This document shows, one piece after another, positions 43,361-56,569 of a stretch of 64,000 nt of DNA. Each line of letters starts with the position of its first letter. Position 1 is the first letter of the stretch. Under the pieces are notes generated by a model that made no database searches, was not told the DNA's origin, and saw only the letters and a list, made by a program, of their open reading frames with translations. The DNA comes from Octopus vulgaris. Its lineage: Eukaryota. The stretch spans positions 121,210,001 through 121,274,000 of the forward strand of contig OX597819.1 in the NCBI GenBank assembly GCA_951406725.2, in the 5' to 3' direction. The position numbers and the translations under genes were made by a program.

Positions 43361-44475
43361 AGAGCATAATCGTTATGAGGTCGGACAATTCTTACCAATA
43401 TCTCCATCGTTCTTCCCGTTTCGAGTTCAAATCTCGCCAAGGTCATCTTCGCCTTCCGGGTTGATAAAATGAAGTACCATTGAATTACTAGAATATATAT
43501 AACCGACCTGCCCTATCCTCTCAAAAATTGCAGTACTCATACTTTGCATCAGACGAGAGTTCCATTCAGGATAATATTTTGATCTCGGCCACAAATAGGC
43601 CATGGGAAGCGAGTAACCGTTCATATGAATCCTAGGGGTCGAGAAAAACAAAATCTCCAATGTGGTTTTAGTTTGCATAGAGAGACGAATGTAGTGTAGG
43701 GGTTCGTTTGGCTGACATTTATAATCGGTAGATGGACCTCATAGGGAGTGAATCCCTCGTGGATGACTATTCTCGTATTGTGGAAAGACCATCGCATTCC
43801 AGGAAGGGTTTTATTTTTACTGATACGAGAAGTGGATTCTATTAAATATTTTAACATAGAAACCATTGCGTTTGGTATTGTTGTAACCTACTTTATCATC
43901 GTCATCATCATCATTATCATCGTCGTCATCGTCGTCGACGTCATCCTCTTTCCACTCCTGACCATCATCATCACCATAATCATCAGCAGCATCAGCAACA
44001 GCAGCATTACCATCAGCAGCAACATCTACAGGGACAGCATCATCACCGTCGTCGCCTTCATGAACATCGCCAACATCATCATCATCATCTTCATCATTAT
44101 CACCAGCACAACAGTAAACTCAGCAATACTACCATCAAAACAGTTCGATTGCAATAGGGAAAGCTATATCTGTCTCCCCGTGGCCTAGTTGTGAGGGTGC
44201 AAATATTCATGGCCCCAAATCTTAAGCAAGCGACTTCATTTAGCGATGCTCGTCTCACTCACTCGTAACAGCCCTCTCTTTCTGCAGCTGTCACATCCTC
44301 GATGCTAGAAGCGGCGAGAGAAAGAGTGAGTGTCTGACTATAACTACAAAGGCATCTAAAACCGTAAGCTAAAATGTGCCGCTAAGGTGTAAGCATACAC
44401 ACATACAAAAAAAACACATACATGCATTAGCTGAATAATGACATACATACATACATACATATATATAAACAAAAA

Positions 44476-45024
44476 TACCCTGTGGCTGATATTGAAATTC
44501 TCTTGAAGGAGCCTTGGATTAGGGTGGAAACTGACTCTTTCTCAACTGGCAAGAAATTTTGAAATAAAATTGAACAATGGCATACAACAATAAACAGACC
44601 AGATATAATGATTTGGGATAGAGAAGAGTAACTGTGCACAGTTGTGGGAATTAGCTGCTCAGTGGATGTTGACATAAAGCTGAAGATCAGTTAAAAAGAG
44701 AATACCTACGCTGAACTATTGAGAAATCTACAGTTACTCTATCCAGATTACAAGTTCAGGTTTATGCCTGTAACTATTGGGGCACTGGCATATGTAACAC
44801 ACTGCCTAAATACCAGTCTTGAGAAATTAGGCTTCTCAAAACCAGAAAGAAGAAAGCTAATTCGAAGACTACAGATCCAATTCATCACTGGAACTGTAAA
44901 AATCTGTAAATCTTTGCAGAAGTTTATAATTTAAATATATATGAGCAAGTCTAGATATGCAACTATATGCATAAGAATACATAAAACAAAACATACAAAT
45001 CTTCACGTATACATACATACATAC
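44476..45024 (+). mobile_element. R4/Dong-like (RLE) non-LTR retrotransposon 3' ends in tandem
   Basis: 3'-UTR-only piece (44476-44580), then NRPDIMIWDREE*LCTVVGISCSVD...KENTYAELLRNLQLLYPDYKFRFMPVTIGALA: the RPD..D/E...K..Y..L..P.IGALG restriction-like endonuclease signature. Confidence 0.8.
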
Positions 45025-45113
45025 GGTCCGAGCACCTCCTTAACTCACGGGTCGGACCACGTCGCTGTTTTTACCCGGTGCATATCGCCACGCACTCCCG
45101 GCGACTGACGGCA

Positions 45114-45399
45114 TCCCCTCACTCTGCCTCTTCCCCGGTGTTACTGCTAACAAAGTAAATAATCTAATAACCAGCTTATCCTCGTGAAATTAATCGATTT
45201 TAGGCTAGGGTTCGATCGAAATGTCTGATGCGTACACAATTACAGTTGGTAAAGATATGTACACACACACACACACATACACACACTTGCATATATGAAT
45301 ATATATAAACACACACACACACATATATAGGCATGCATATATATGCACATCTATAAATATAAATATACGTACACATATACATATACATATATATATATA
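45114..45399 (-). repeat. Inverted copy of 41480-41762
   Basis: tcccctcactctgcctcttccccggtgttactgc...atatacgtacacatatac is the reverse complement of 41480-41762. Confidence 0.95.
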
Positions 45400-45960
45400 G
45401 AGAAGAAGGGGAGAAGGAAGGGGAGAGAGAGGGGGAGACGGGAGAGAAAGGGAGAGAGAGAGCGAGAGAGATGAGAGTGTGTGGTAGATATGAGTGTCAT
45501 AGTGTAAGTGTAGGATAGAAGTGTTAGGGAAAGATGGGAAGGGAGAGACAGGTAGAAAGAGAGACAGACAGAAGGGGGAAAGAAAGAGGTATAGAGAGAA
45601 AGAGGGACAGAGAGACAGAGACAGAAGGAGGGACAAAAAGACAGAGATAAAGATATAGGTACATACAAAGAGAGTTGGAGAGAAAGAATCATAGAAATGT
45701 TAAAGAAGCGAGACTGAATATAAAGCGGGTGATAATTGCTCAGCAGAGAGGTTGGGAGAAAATGGGAGAGAGATTGGAGAGATAAGAGAGAGAGAGAGAG
45801 AGGAGATGGGAGAGGGGGAAATGAAAGAGAATAGAGGAAGAAGAAGAAGAAGAAGAACAAGAACAAGAACAAGAAGTAGAACAAGAACAAGATGTGAAAT
45901 CAAGGAGAATAGGAGAGAGAAAGTGAGAGAGAAAAGTGGCAGGATAAGTAAGATAGAAGA

Positions 45961-45997
<37 letters not shown>

Positions 45998-46145
45998 CAG
46001 ACAGACAGACAGACAGACAGGTAGACAGGTAGATAGATAGATAGATAGATAGATAGGTAGGAATACAGACAGACAGACAGACAGATAGATAGATATATAG
46101 ATAGATAGATAGATAGATAGGGAGAGAGTGATGAAAGTGGTAGAT

Positions 46146-46177
<32 letters not shown>

Positions 46178-47299
46178 TGCGAGAGAGCATAATCGTTATG
46201 AGGTCGGACAATTCTTACCAATATCTCCATCGTTCTTCCCGTTTCGAGTTCAAATCTCGCCAAGGTCATCTTCGCCTTCCGGGTTGATAAAATGAAGTAC
46301 CATTGAATTACTAGAATATATATAACCGACCTGCCCTATCCTCTCAAAAATTGCAGTACTCATACTTTGCATCAGACGAGAGTTCCATTCAGGATAATAT
46401 TTTGATCTCGGCCACAAATAGGCCATGGGAAGCGAGTAACCGTTCATATGAATCCTAGGGGTCGAGAAAAACAAAATCTCCAATGTGGTTTTAGTTTGCA
46501 TAGAGAGACGAATGTAGTGTAGGGGTTCGTTTGGCTGACATTTATAATCGGTAGATGGACCTCATAGGGAGTGATCCCTCGTGGATGACTATTCTCGTAT
46601 TGTGGAAAGACCATCGCATTCCAGGAAGGGTTTTATTTTTACTGATACGAGAAGTGGATTCTATTAAATATTTTAACATAGAAACCATTGCGTTTGGTAT
46701 TGTTGTAACCTACTTTATCATCGTCATCATCATCATTATCATCGTCGTCATCGTCGTCGACGTCATCCTCTTTCCACTCCTGACCATCATCATCACCATA
46801 ATCATCAGCAGCATCAGCAACAGCAGCATTACCATCAGCAGCAACATCTACAGGGACAGCATCATCACCGTCGTCGCCTTCATGAACATCGCCAACATCA
46901 TCATCATCATCTTCATCATTATCACCAGCACAACAGTAAACTCAGCAATACTACCATCAAAACAGTTCGATTGCAATAGGGAAAGCTATATCTGTCTCCC
47001 CGTGGCCTAGTTGTGAGGGTGCAAATATTCATGGCCCCAAATCTTAAGCAAGCGACTTCATTTAGCGATGCTCGTCTCACCTCACTCGTAACAGCCCTCT
47101 CTTTCTGCAGCTGTCACATCCTCGATGCTAGAAGCGGCGAGAGAAAGAGTGAGTGTCTGACTATAACTACAAAGGCATCTAAAACCGTAAGCTAAAATGT
47201 GCCGCTAAGGTGTAAGCATACACACATACAAAAAACCACATACATGCATTAGCTGAATAATGACATACATACATACATACATACATATAAACAAAAATA

Positions 47300-47960
47300 C
47301 CCTGTGGCTGATGTTGAAATTCTCTTGAAGGAGCCTTGGATTAGGGTGGAAACTGACTCTTTCTCAACTGGCAAGAAATTTTGAAATAAAATTGAACAAT
47401 GGCATACAACAATATATAAACAGACCAGATATAATGATTTGGGATAGAGAAGAGTAACTGTGCACAGTTGTGGAAATTAGCTGCTCAGTGGATGTTGACA
47501 TAAAGCTGAAGATCAGTTAAAAAGAGAATACCTACGCTGAACTATTGAGAAATCTACAGTTACTCTATCCAGATTACAAGTTCAGGTTTATGCCTGTAAC
47601 TATTGGGGCACTGGCATATGTAACACACTGCCTAAATACCAGTCTTGAGAAATTAGGCTTCTCAAAACCAGAAAGAAGAAAGCTAATTCGAAGACTACAG
47701 ATCCAATTCATCACTGGAACTGTAAAAATCTGTAAATCTTTGCAGAAGTTTATAATTTAAATATATATGAGCAAGTCTAGATATGCAACTATATGCATAA
47801 GAATACATAAAACAAAACATACAAATCTTCACGTATACATACATACATACATACCATGTTGTTGATGTTAAAATTCCAATGAAGGAGCGTTGGATCTAGG
47901 CTAGAAACCGACTCTTTTTCTATTGGCACGAAATCTTGAAATGAAACTGAATAATTAGAT
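47300..47960 (+). mobile_element. R4/Dong-like 3' ends (duplicate copy, complete 3' UTR, ending in (CATA)n)
   Basis: Same RLE peptide (ORF 47545-47760). The UTR ends gaaatgaaactgaataattag followed by (ATAC)n. Confidence 0.8.
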
Positions 47961-48045
47961 ACATACATACATACATACATACATACATACATACATACAT
48001 ACATACATACATACATACATACATACATACATACATACATACATA

Positions 48046-48385
48046 GAGGCTGTCCCTCGTTATCAAGTATGGTCATTGCTCGAAGCTGAATCAATGTTGT
48101 TATCGTGCAATACCTGTGCAAGAAGATATTTTTTTAAAGTGAGGAAAGGCTGTGCACTGAGTCAATCCCACTCACTAAGCAACAGCAGCCATAATCCGAA
48201 AAGAAGAACAAGTCAACATCATCAGTAACCACTGAGCCGCAGGTTTTATGTCGGAGTTATCCCAGTTACCTGAGTTACCTTCCCCTAAAAGGATGCCCTA
48301 ACAAAGGCTAGGATTCCTTCACTCCCAATGGTTCAACTGCGCGATCGGGTATTCAGTCCGATTCTTGAGTCAACGGCCATCCAAT
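48046..48385 (-). mobile_element. Short non-autonomous RTE-like retroposon inside (CATA)n
   Basis: 3' end shared with 33276. 5' part includes cctagcctttgttagggcatccttttaggggaagg. Flanked by CATA repeats. Confidence 0.55.
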
Positions 48386-48387
48386 AA

Positions 48388-48425
48388 ACATACATACATA
48401 CATACATACATACATACATACATAC

Positions 48426-48456
<31 letters not shown>

Positions 48457-48625
48457 CATACATACATACATACATACATACATACATACATACATACATA
48501 CATACTTACATACATACATACATACATACATACAAACATACATACATACATACATACAAACATACATACATACATACATACATACATACATACATACATA
48601 CTTACATACATACATACATACATAC

Positions 48626-48656
<31 letters not shown>

Positions 48657-48830
48657 CTTACATACATACATACATACATACATACTTACATACATACATA
48701 CATACAAACATACATACATACATACATACATACATACATACATACATACATACATACAAACATACATACATACATACATACTTACATACATAGATACATA
48801 CATACATGCATGCATGCATCCATACATACA

Positions 48831-48860
<30 letters not shown>
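48388..48860. repeat. (CATA)n array with periodic CTTA/CAAA variants
   Basis: Seen directly. Confidence 0.95.
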
Positions 48861-48861
<1 letters not shown>

Positions 48862-48862
<1 letters not shown>

Positions 48863-49490
48863 CTGAGTATAAATTAGTATGTGTAGATGTGCAACTATAT
48901 GTATGAGAATACATGCATAAAACAAAACATATAGATCTGTTCATATACATACATACATACATGCATACATACATAAACAGACCTAATAAAATGATTTGGA
49001 ATAGGGAGAAGCTGCGTATAGTAGTGGAAATTAGCTGCCCAGCGGATGTTAACTTAGAACTGAAGATCAGTGGAAAAGACTACCTATGCTGAACTATTAA
49101 GAAATCTGCAGTTACTATTTACAGATTACAAATTCAGGTTAATACCTGTAATTATTGGGGACCTGGGATATGTAACATGCTGCCTAAATGCCAATCTTGA
49201 GAAATTTGGCTTCTCAAAACCAGAAAAGAGAAAGCTGAAATTGAAAAATTCTATAAAATTTTCCATAAGTTTATCATTTAAGTATATAGGAGCATTTCTA
49301 GACATGCAACTATATGTATGAGAAGACTTACATAAAGAAAAACATACGAATCTACACACATACATGCATAGAAAAATATCTTGTTGATGCTAAAATTCCA
49401 ATGAAGAGGCCTTGGATCTAGGTTAGAAACCGGTTCTTTGCCTGTTGGCAAGAAATCTTGAAATAAAGCAGAATAATGACATACATACAT
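48862..49490 (+). mobile_element. Further R4/Dong-like 3' fragments (UTR piece plus RLE-UTR copy)
   Basis: NRPNKMIWNR...VVEISCPADVNLELKIS..KTTYAELLRNLQLLFTDYKFRLIPVIIGDLG. UTR ends aaataaagcagaataatgacatacatac. Confidence 0.8.
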
Positions 49491-50171
49491 AATGCAAACA
49501 CGCACAGGCATACACACGGACACATACACACATATATACATACATACACACATGCATACTTACAAAATGTTTAACCAATTGACAAATAAAGAAGTAAAAT
49601 AAAACCAGCGCGTGTGTTTATTACAAGAATAATGACACTCCCTGAGAATGACAGGATAAAGGGAGAGTTCTACAACTTTGAAGTGTTATATATAATATTC
49701 TATTGCAAGACTGTTTTATGAGGCTTATTTTGGGGTTAATGCATGAGAGGTTATGAGCAAAGGAGAAAAGTTCTATGAGGTTATTACAAATCTAACGTTC
49801 ACCCTCAAGGTGTCACATAAAATTGTTATCGGCCGGTTAAGCATCGAATGCATGTATGACAGCGAGCAAGCAAATACCGTTTCTAAAATGCTTCTGGAAT
49901 GCAATCGTCAGAGCAAATATGAATGTTTATACTCGTAAATTATACAGTGAGGGCATGTTTGGAAATGGCGACTATTCCTGTTGTGTTTATGGCGAAATTG
50001 TTAAAGTCCTGTATATTTGACTTCAAAGCAATAACCATAAGTAGAAATCAGTTTGTTTAAAGACAAATTGGCTAAAAGCAATGCCCAGAGCAAAATATTT
50101 AGAATATTATTGGGCAAAGATTTCCAGCAGTAGGATTCAGAAATAAACGAAGTAAGCATTCGGAAAATTTC

Positions 50172-50340
50172 GCGCAGGCGTGGATCTGTGGGAAGAAGTT
50201 TGCTTCCCAACAATAGAGTTCGGGTTCAGAACCACACCGCGGCACCTTGGGGAAGTGCCGTCTACGTCTACTATGGGCTTGGGGCGAATAAAGCCTTGTG
50301 AGTAGATTTTGTACAGAGAAACTAAAAATGCATGTCGTAT
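50172..50340 (+). mobile_element. Degenerate S1 SINE 5' half
   Basis: gcgcaggcgtggatctgtgggaag...ggcaccttggggaagtg...aagccttgtgagtagatttt. Confidence 0.75.
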
Positions 50341-50509
50341 ATATATATATATATATATAGTAGAAATATCTTACAAAAAGAAAATATTAAGTAATGTAAG
50401 GGTAAAATATGAAAAATCAACGAAAATACACATTGTAAATAAAGAAAGGCTTTTTATGACACGTAACGACAAATATATACATTTAGATTGACTGAGGTAG
50501 TAATAAAAG

Positions 50510-50552
<43 letters not shown>

Positions 50553-50721
50553 CATACATAAATAATAAAATATTAAGAATTCTGGATTCTGGAGAGAATC
50601 GGGTACTTCATTGGTGTGCACCGGGTTGAGTTGATTTAATCTGTAAGCACCATCTTTAGTAGGATCAATATACTAGGTGCTAAAGAAGTAATCGAAAGGA
50701 ATACACGAGCCTTTCAGACTT

Positions 50722-50779
<58 letters not shown>

Positions 50780-50784
<5 letters not shown>

Positions 50785-50940
50785 CAAATTTACAGAGAAC
50801 AAAAGACAAAGAAAAGCAGGGAACAACAAGCAGGTGTATAAATTTAACGCTTAGGAAGAATGAGAAAATCTTGGATGTTTCGAGCCTATGCTCTTTAACT
50901 GAAAGTATGGAGAGGCAGTAAAAATGGAGAGAGAAAGAAA
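50780..50940 (-). mobile_element. Penelope-like pLTR relic (same family as 3930)
   Basis: Minus strand: gagcataggctcgaaacatc...ttcctaagcgttaaatttatacacctg...ctgtaaatttgaactatata. Confidence 0.6.
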
Positions 50941-51187
50941 AAAAAAACAAAACGCAAACAAACCGTAGAGCGAAAAATTGTGTGGGGATTATCGATTCAA
51001 CCTGTATACATAATCCAGTACGCTATCAATCCTGTTTGATAATAACAGTGGTTTTCAATGGATAACTTGAAGGGCGGAAAACAAATGGCGTATGGTGTCA
51101 GAAAGAGTCAACGGCCATTCGGAAGTTGGGAATAAAAGACACCTAGACTCTGTCTTTACATCTCACCAGGATATATATATATATATA

Positions 51188-51351
51188 TCACTTCAACATT
51201 TAAGTTTACCTTGTGTCAAAATATTTTCGTCGCTTTGAAACAGCAAGCTTTTTACTGACAAAATGTAGCCCGAAATTTTGTCGGTGAACAGTTCGCGGTT
51301 TCAAAGCGATGAAAATATTTTGATACATATCAAATTTAAATGTTGAAGTGA
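51188..51351. repeat. 164-bp imperfect palindrome next to (TA)n
   Basis: tcacttcaacatttaa...tcaaaatattttcgtcgctttgaaac pairs with gtttcaaagcgatgaaaatattttga...ttaaatgttgaagtga. Confidence 0.85.
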
Positions 51352-51676
51352 ATCTAATGTTTTTTTAATGGTTTATTAACACCTTCCACGCTACAATTGT
51401 ATATCTATATATCTACATCTATATCTACATCTTGGACAAGCTGCCGCTGAAATGGCAAAAGGGTATGACAATATGGGTACAAACTTTGATGAATAAAACT
51501 ATTCCTGGTATTTATAAAACATTAGCAAACTTTTTCTTTTCTACAAATTTCATTTTTGACGACCTAATATATCTACCTTTTCACTCTCTCCCCCTCTCTC
51601 TCTTTAAAAAAAAAAATATATGTATGTATGTGTGTGCGCGCGTATGTGTGTGTATAGACAGAATGTCTGATTTATT

Positions 51677-51714
<38 letters not shown>

Positions 51715-51786
51715 GTTAGATATAGATGGATAGATATTTTGATAGGCATAGATATAAAACAATTTCATATTAAACCGTAGAATTAT

Positions 51787-51900
51787 TCTGTTCTACTCTA
51801 TGTACAACGCCCGAAATTTTAGAGGCGGGACCCAGTCGATTAGATCGACTCCAGTACGCAACTGGTACTTAATTTATCGACCCCGAAGGGATGAAAGGTC
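51787..51900 (-). mobile_element. S2 SINE 3' half (tail A)
   Basis: cagtacgcaactggtacttaatttatcgaccccgaagggatgaaagg. Confidence 0.8.
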
Positions 51901-52079
51901 TTTAGCATTGTACACGCTTATTAAAAAAGTATACACGGAAAGGTTTCACAGTAACTTCAATGTAAAATAATAACACAGATACACAAACACACGCAAACAC
52001 GCAAACATACACATACACAGACAGACACACACATATATATACACACACACACACAGATATATATATATGTATATATATA

Positions 52080-52586
<507 letters not shown>

Positions 52587-52736
52587 ATGTACAGCTATAC
52601 ATGCTACATATATATTGGTGGGTTAAGCCTTTTTTTACATCAATATTTTTTCCATTATATTTATAGATTATTTCATTATACTTTATATCCTATATATTAA
52701 TCCATATAATCTTGCTTTCCTTCCTTCTTTCTTTCT

Positions 52737-52767
<31 letters not shown>

Positions 52768-53428
52768 TCGTCTCTTCTTTAAACATCACTTCGATTTCAG
52801 CTTCCTTTGTAAGCTATCAATGAATCATATAATATCCAGTTTATCTGATTGAAGATTGTTTTGTATATATGTACGTAGATATATATGCATAAATATATAT
52901 ATATATGAATATATGTATTCTTGTCTGTCTACATATTTGTATGTGTACATATATCTATGTGAGTGTGTGTGCGCGAGTTTATATGTATATGTGAATCTGA
53001 CGTTTGAGCACGTTTTTATTGTTTTTTTCTGTTTTGTATCTATCATTTTTAATTTTTCATATTTTATTAGCATTATACATATATAAATATGTGTGTGTAT
53101 ACATATAAATGCGTATACATATTTATATATGCACACACATAATATATATATATATATGTATTGTATATGTATTATATATATATACATATATATATATATA
53201 ACATATATATTCATATGTGTATACATATACACATATGGATATATATGTATATATATATATACGTATATATACATATATATACATATATATATAACATATA
53301 TATACATATGTATATACATACATACAGACATATCTATATATGCATACACAAAATATAAATATATATATATGCTTATATGCCTATATGCTTGTATGTATAT
53401 ATGTATATATATATATATGTGTGTGTGG

Positions 53429-53461
<33 letters not shown>

Positions 53462-54819
53462 CATGTAAATATTATGTATGTGTGTGAGTATGTTTGTATG
53501 TTTGTAATTTACTATATCTTTGTGCCTCGATAGCAATATCCTAGAATCTTCCTGCAGGAAATATCAGCCAACAAACAACAAAATTAACACAGGCTTTTTG
53601 TCTTGCATTTATTCACTATTCTTATTGTTGTTGTTGTTGTTGTATACTTATTGTTCTTTTTGTTCTTTTTCCTTGTGTTGTTTTTCTTTTTGTTTCCTAT
53701 ATATTCTCTGATTATTTTATGCATGTATGTATCCATATATATGTTTGTGTGTATGTTAGCATTTACTTATTTTTACGCATGTATGTGAGGTTGTTCGTAT
53801 ATTCTATGGTTTTATACATGTAAATATGTATGCGTCTTTATATATATATATGTATGTGTGTTTGTGTGTGCGTGTGTACGTTTAATCACTTATCTATATA
53901 TGTATACATGTGTGAGTCTCGTCTGTGTTTACCGTTTGATATATATATTGATATATATTTATATATGTGTGTGTCTGTATGTATGTATGCGTGTGTCTAA
54001 TATGCATACATATGTCTGTATTATATATATATATATATTTATGTTTGTGTATATGTTTATGTATATCTCTTTATATAATATATATATACATATATTTCAG
54101 TTTCTTATTTTGTAGGCGTTTTTTATCTTAAGAAACAAGATGAAAACGATAGGGTGAAGAAGAAAAAAAAAAGAACATTTACCTCAGTAGGAGAAAAGAT
54201 ATTTACTTAAGACTTCAGAATAAAAAATAAAAAAAAACAAAGAACAAAAAATATATAGAAAAACAAAATTTGAAAATGACAAAGAAAAACTTCCAACGAC
54301 CAAAATCAAAAATAACATAAAATATTGATGTATCCTTTATTTTATTTTTTAGTTGTTTTAGCTGAGGAATTTTTATTGATTATTTTGGTTTCTTTGATTC
54401 GTTCTTGAGGTGATATACGTTGCTCATATGCAGTGCTGTCCTTTTAAACCGGAGGCTAAAGAGCGAAAGCGCTCACGAAATCGCACAGCATTCACACCGT
54501 AAAGAGTACGACATATATAAGCATAACTATAAATTACAAAATTATATGTCAACGACAGACAAAAGCAGGCACAAATCATCTTAGACAAATAATTATATTG
54601 ATCATTTATTTATTGCCTGTGGTGGTTCCACACATACATACGTGCAAAAAGATTGTATACATAATCCTTACAAACAAAACTTTTCAGACTGTACATATAC
54701 AATAATACAAAGGAGTTGGGGTATGTAAAATATCAAAATTTTAAATACCAAACAAAAATACTAGCAGATAGATAGATGTCTCAATGTGGAAGTTGTGGGG
54801 CATGATGTCTCCTGATTCA

Positions 54820-55500
54820 AAGTGGGTTCTCTTCTATCTACGATGTTGAAGTCTCTATTTCGTTGTCAAAATATATATTCGTGGCTTCTTTTTTATAAAT
54901 ATTTTCATGGACATTGCTCTGATGAACTTTCTTGTCTGCCACCTGTGTCAGTACCTTCTGATGAACTTTCTTGTCTGCCACCTGTGTCAGTACCTTCTGA
55001 TGAACTTTCTTGTCTGCCACCTGTGTCAGTACCTTCTGATGAACTTTCTTGTCTGCCAGCCTGTGTCAGTACCTCTGATGAACTTGTCTGCACCTGTGAG
55101 TACCTTCTGATGAACTTTCTTGTCTGCCCCTGTGTCAGTACCTTCTGATGAACTTTGTCTGCCACCTGTGTCAGTACCTTCTGATGAACTTCTTGTCTGC
55201 CTGAACTTTCTTGTCTGCCAGCCTGTGTCAGTACCTTCTGATGAACTTTCTTGTCTGCCAGCCTGTGTCAGTACCTTCTGATGAACTTTCTTGTCTGCCA
55301 CCCTGTGTCAGTACTCATCTCTTCCCATGATGCATAGAGATCCGTCTGTTGAGCTACATGTTAGTCACAAGTCCTTTTTATTCTCATAGCTTTTTTTTTT
55401 TTTCTTGAACGGCTGCCCTTGTAGTCATTGTCATTGCCTTCTTTTCCTCTGGAATATTAAATTCAGTCGTTTAAATCTTCTTTTAATCGACATCTCTTGA
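54820..55500 (+). pseudogene. 3' end of a CR1/L2-group LINE ORF2, interrupted by a minisatellite
   Basis: LKSLFRCQNIYSWLLFYKYFHGHCSDELSCL (pattern L.SL..RR....L.LFY.Y.HG.CS.EL). After the array: YSHSFF..RTAAL..SL....F...IQSFKSSFNRHL*. Confidence 0.7.
54918..55314 (+). repeat. 39-40-bp minisatellite, about 11 units
   Basis: Unit tctgatgaactttcttgtctgcca(g/c)cctgtgtcagtacct. Scattered partial copies at ~55525-55652, 55906-55967 and 56110-56160. Confidence 0.92.
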
Positions 55501-56569
55501 ATTTGTAGTCTCTTTCTCGTTTTAATGAACTTTCTTGTCTGCCAGTTACCTGTGTCAAATACCTTCTGATGAACTTTCTTGTCTGCCAGCCTCGATCTCT
55601 AATTCGTACCACTTTCGCCACCCTGTGTCAGATACCTTCTGATGAACTTTCTATTTGCTAGAGGATTGTGAATTATTTGGAGAAGAACACCTACCTCTCC
55701 TCTCATGCACCGCCTCAGGCCAACAGCTTGGTCAAATGATAAAGTCTTCCTTCTTGTACTGTTCTTTTTTCTGTGTAGAAATCGAAGAGGAGGTTTTTGC
55801 TCCCAAATTTGCAACATTTAAATTTTCTTTTTTGCTCCACAAAATTTTAGGTTTCATACTTCGATAAAATATCCTTCAGGGGGAGGTTTATGATGCTAGA
55901 AAGGTCCTGTCAGTACCTTCTGATGATATACTCTGATCCCTGAAATGCTGTTGTCAGTACCTTCTGATTTTCCTTGCGGTCATAATATCTCTTTACGCAT
56001 TTTTGCGATAGTCACGAACGGGGAAGACCCTTTGACATAATTTTGGTGCGGTATTTCTTCGTCCCATCTTATGACGTATCAACTGTGTGAAGATACACAC
56101 ACACAATAGTCTGATGAACTTTCTTGTCTGCCACCCTGTGTCAGTACCTTCTGATGAACTCGTTCTTGTCTCTTACTCTTGTATTCCCAGCACCATATCT
56201 TTCTCCGTTATTTTGGCTTCACAAGAAGGCGCGTGGCCTAGTGGTTAGCTTGCGCTCACGATTGCAAGGTTACGGTTTCAATTTCCGAACCGGGAGGTGC
56301 ATTGTACTTACTATTTATTTTATGATAGTTCAAATGTCCTTCGATTTCTCTAATGAATAAACATTTCCCCATAGATCATAATTTCCACTAATCCAATAAA
56401 GTAGTGTCGAGATGATACAGAGCTGTTGGGATATATTCACAATTGATATATCCGTAGTATGTAAAAAAAGGTACTCTCACGAAAATGCTCAAACCTTATA
56501 ATCTCAATGCTATTACCATTCCGTTAATACTTAACTTGAATGTTAATCCAGTTAAAGAAGTATCGCGTA

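Larger units (their letters stand above)
42540..47850 (+). repeat. ~2.5-kb direct duplication (42540-45024 and ~45398-47850) with a complex junction
   Basis: Near-identical ORF pairs (43427/46250, 44719/47545). Offset 2823 bp at tcggacaattc (43381 vs 46204). Confidence 0.95.

Noticed and set aside
49395-49440. Hammerhead-like look of the R4-like 3' UTR (stem, GAAA, ccggtt)
   Set aside because: The CUGANGA core is absent in all copies; more likely an ordinary 3'-UTR hairpin.
49753-49938. ORF starting MSKGEK, like GFP
   Set aside because: Only the first five residues match.
50493-50502. let-7-like tgaggtagta
   Set aside because: 10-nt match only, with no precursor hairpin.
54918-55314. Hammerhead or C/D-box RNA array, because each unit has CTGATGA
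   Set aside because: No GAAA or stems in the unit; CTGATGA is simply the Ser-Asp-Glu codons.
54918-56170. CRISPR-like array (39-bp repeats, later separated by unique DNA)
   Set aside because: Main copies abut with no spacers, the unit derives from a LINE ORF, later copies are irregular, there are no cas genes and the context is eukaryotic.
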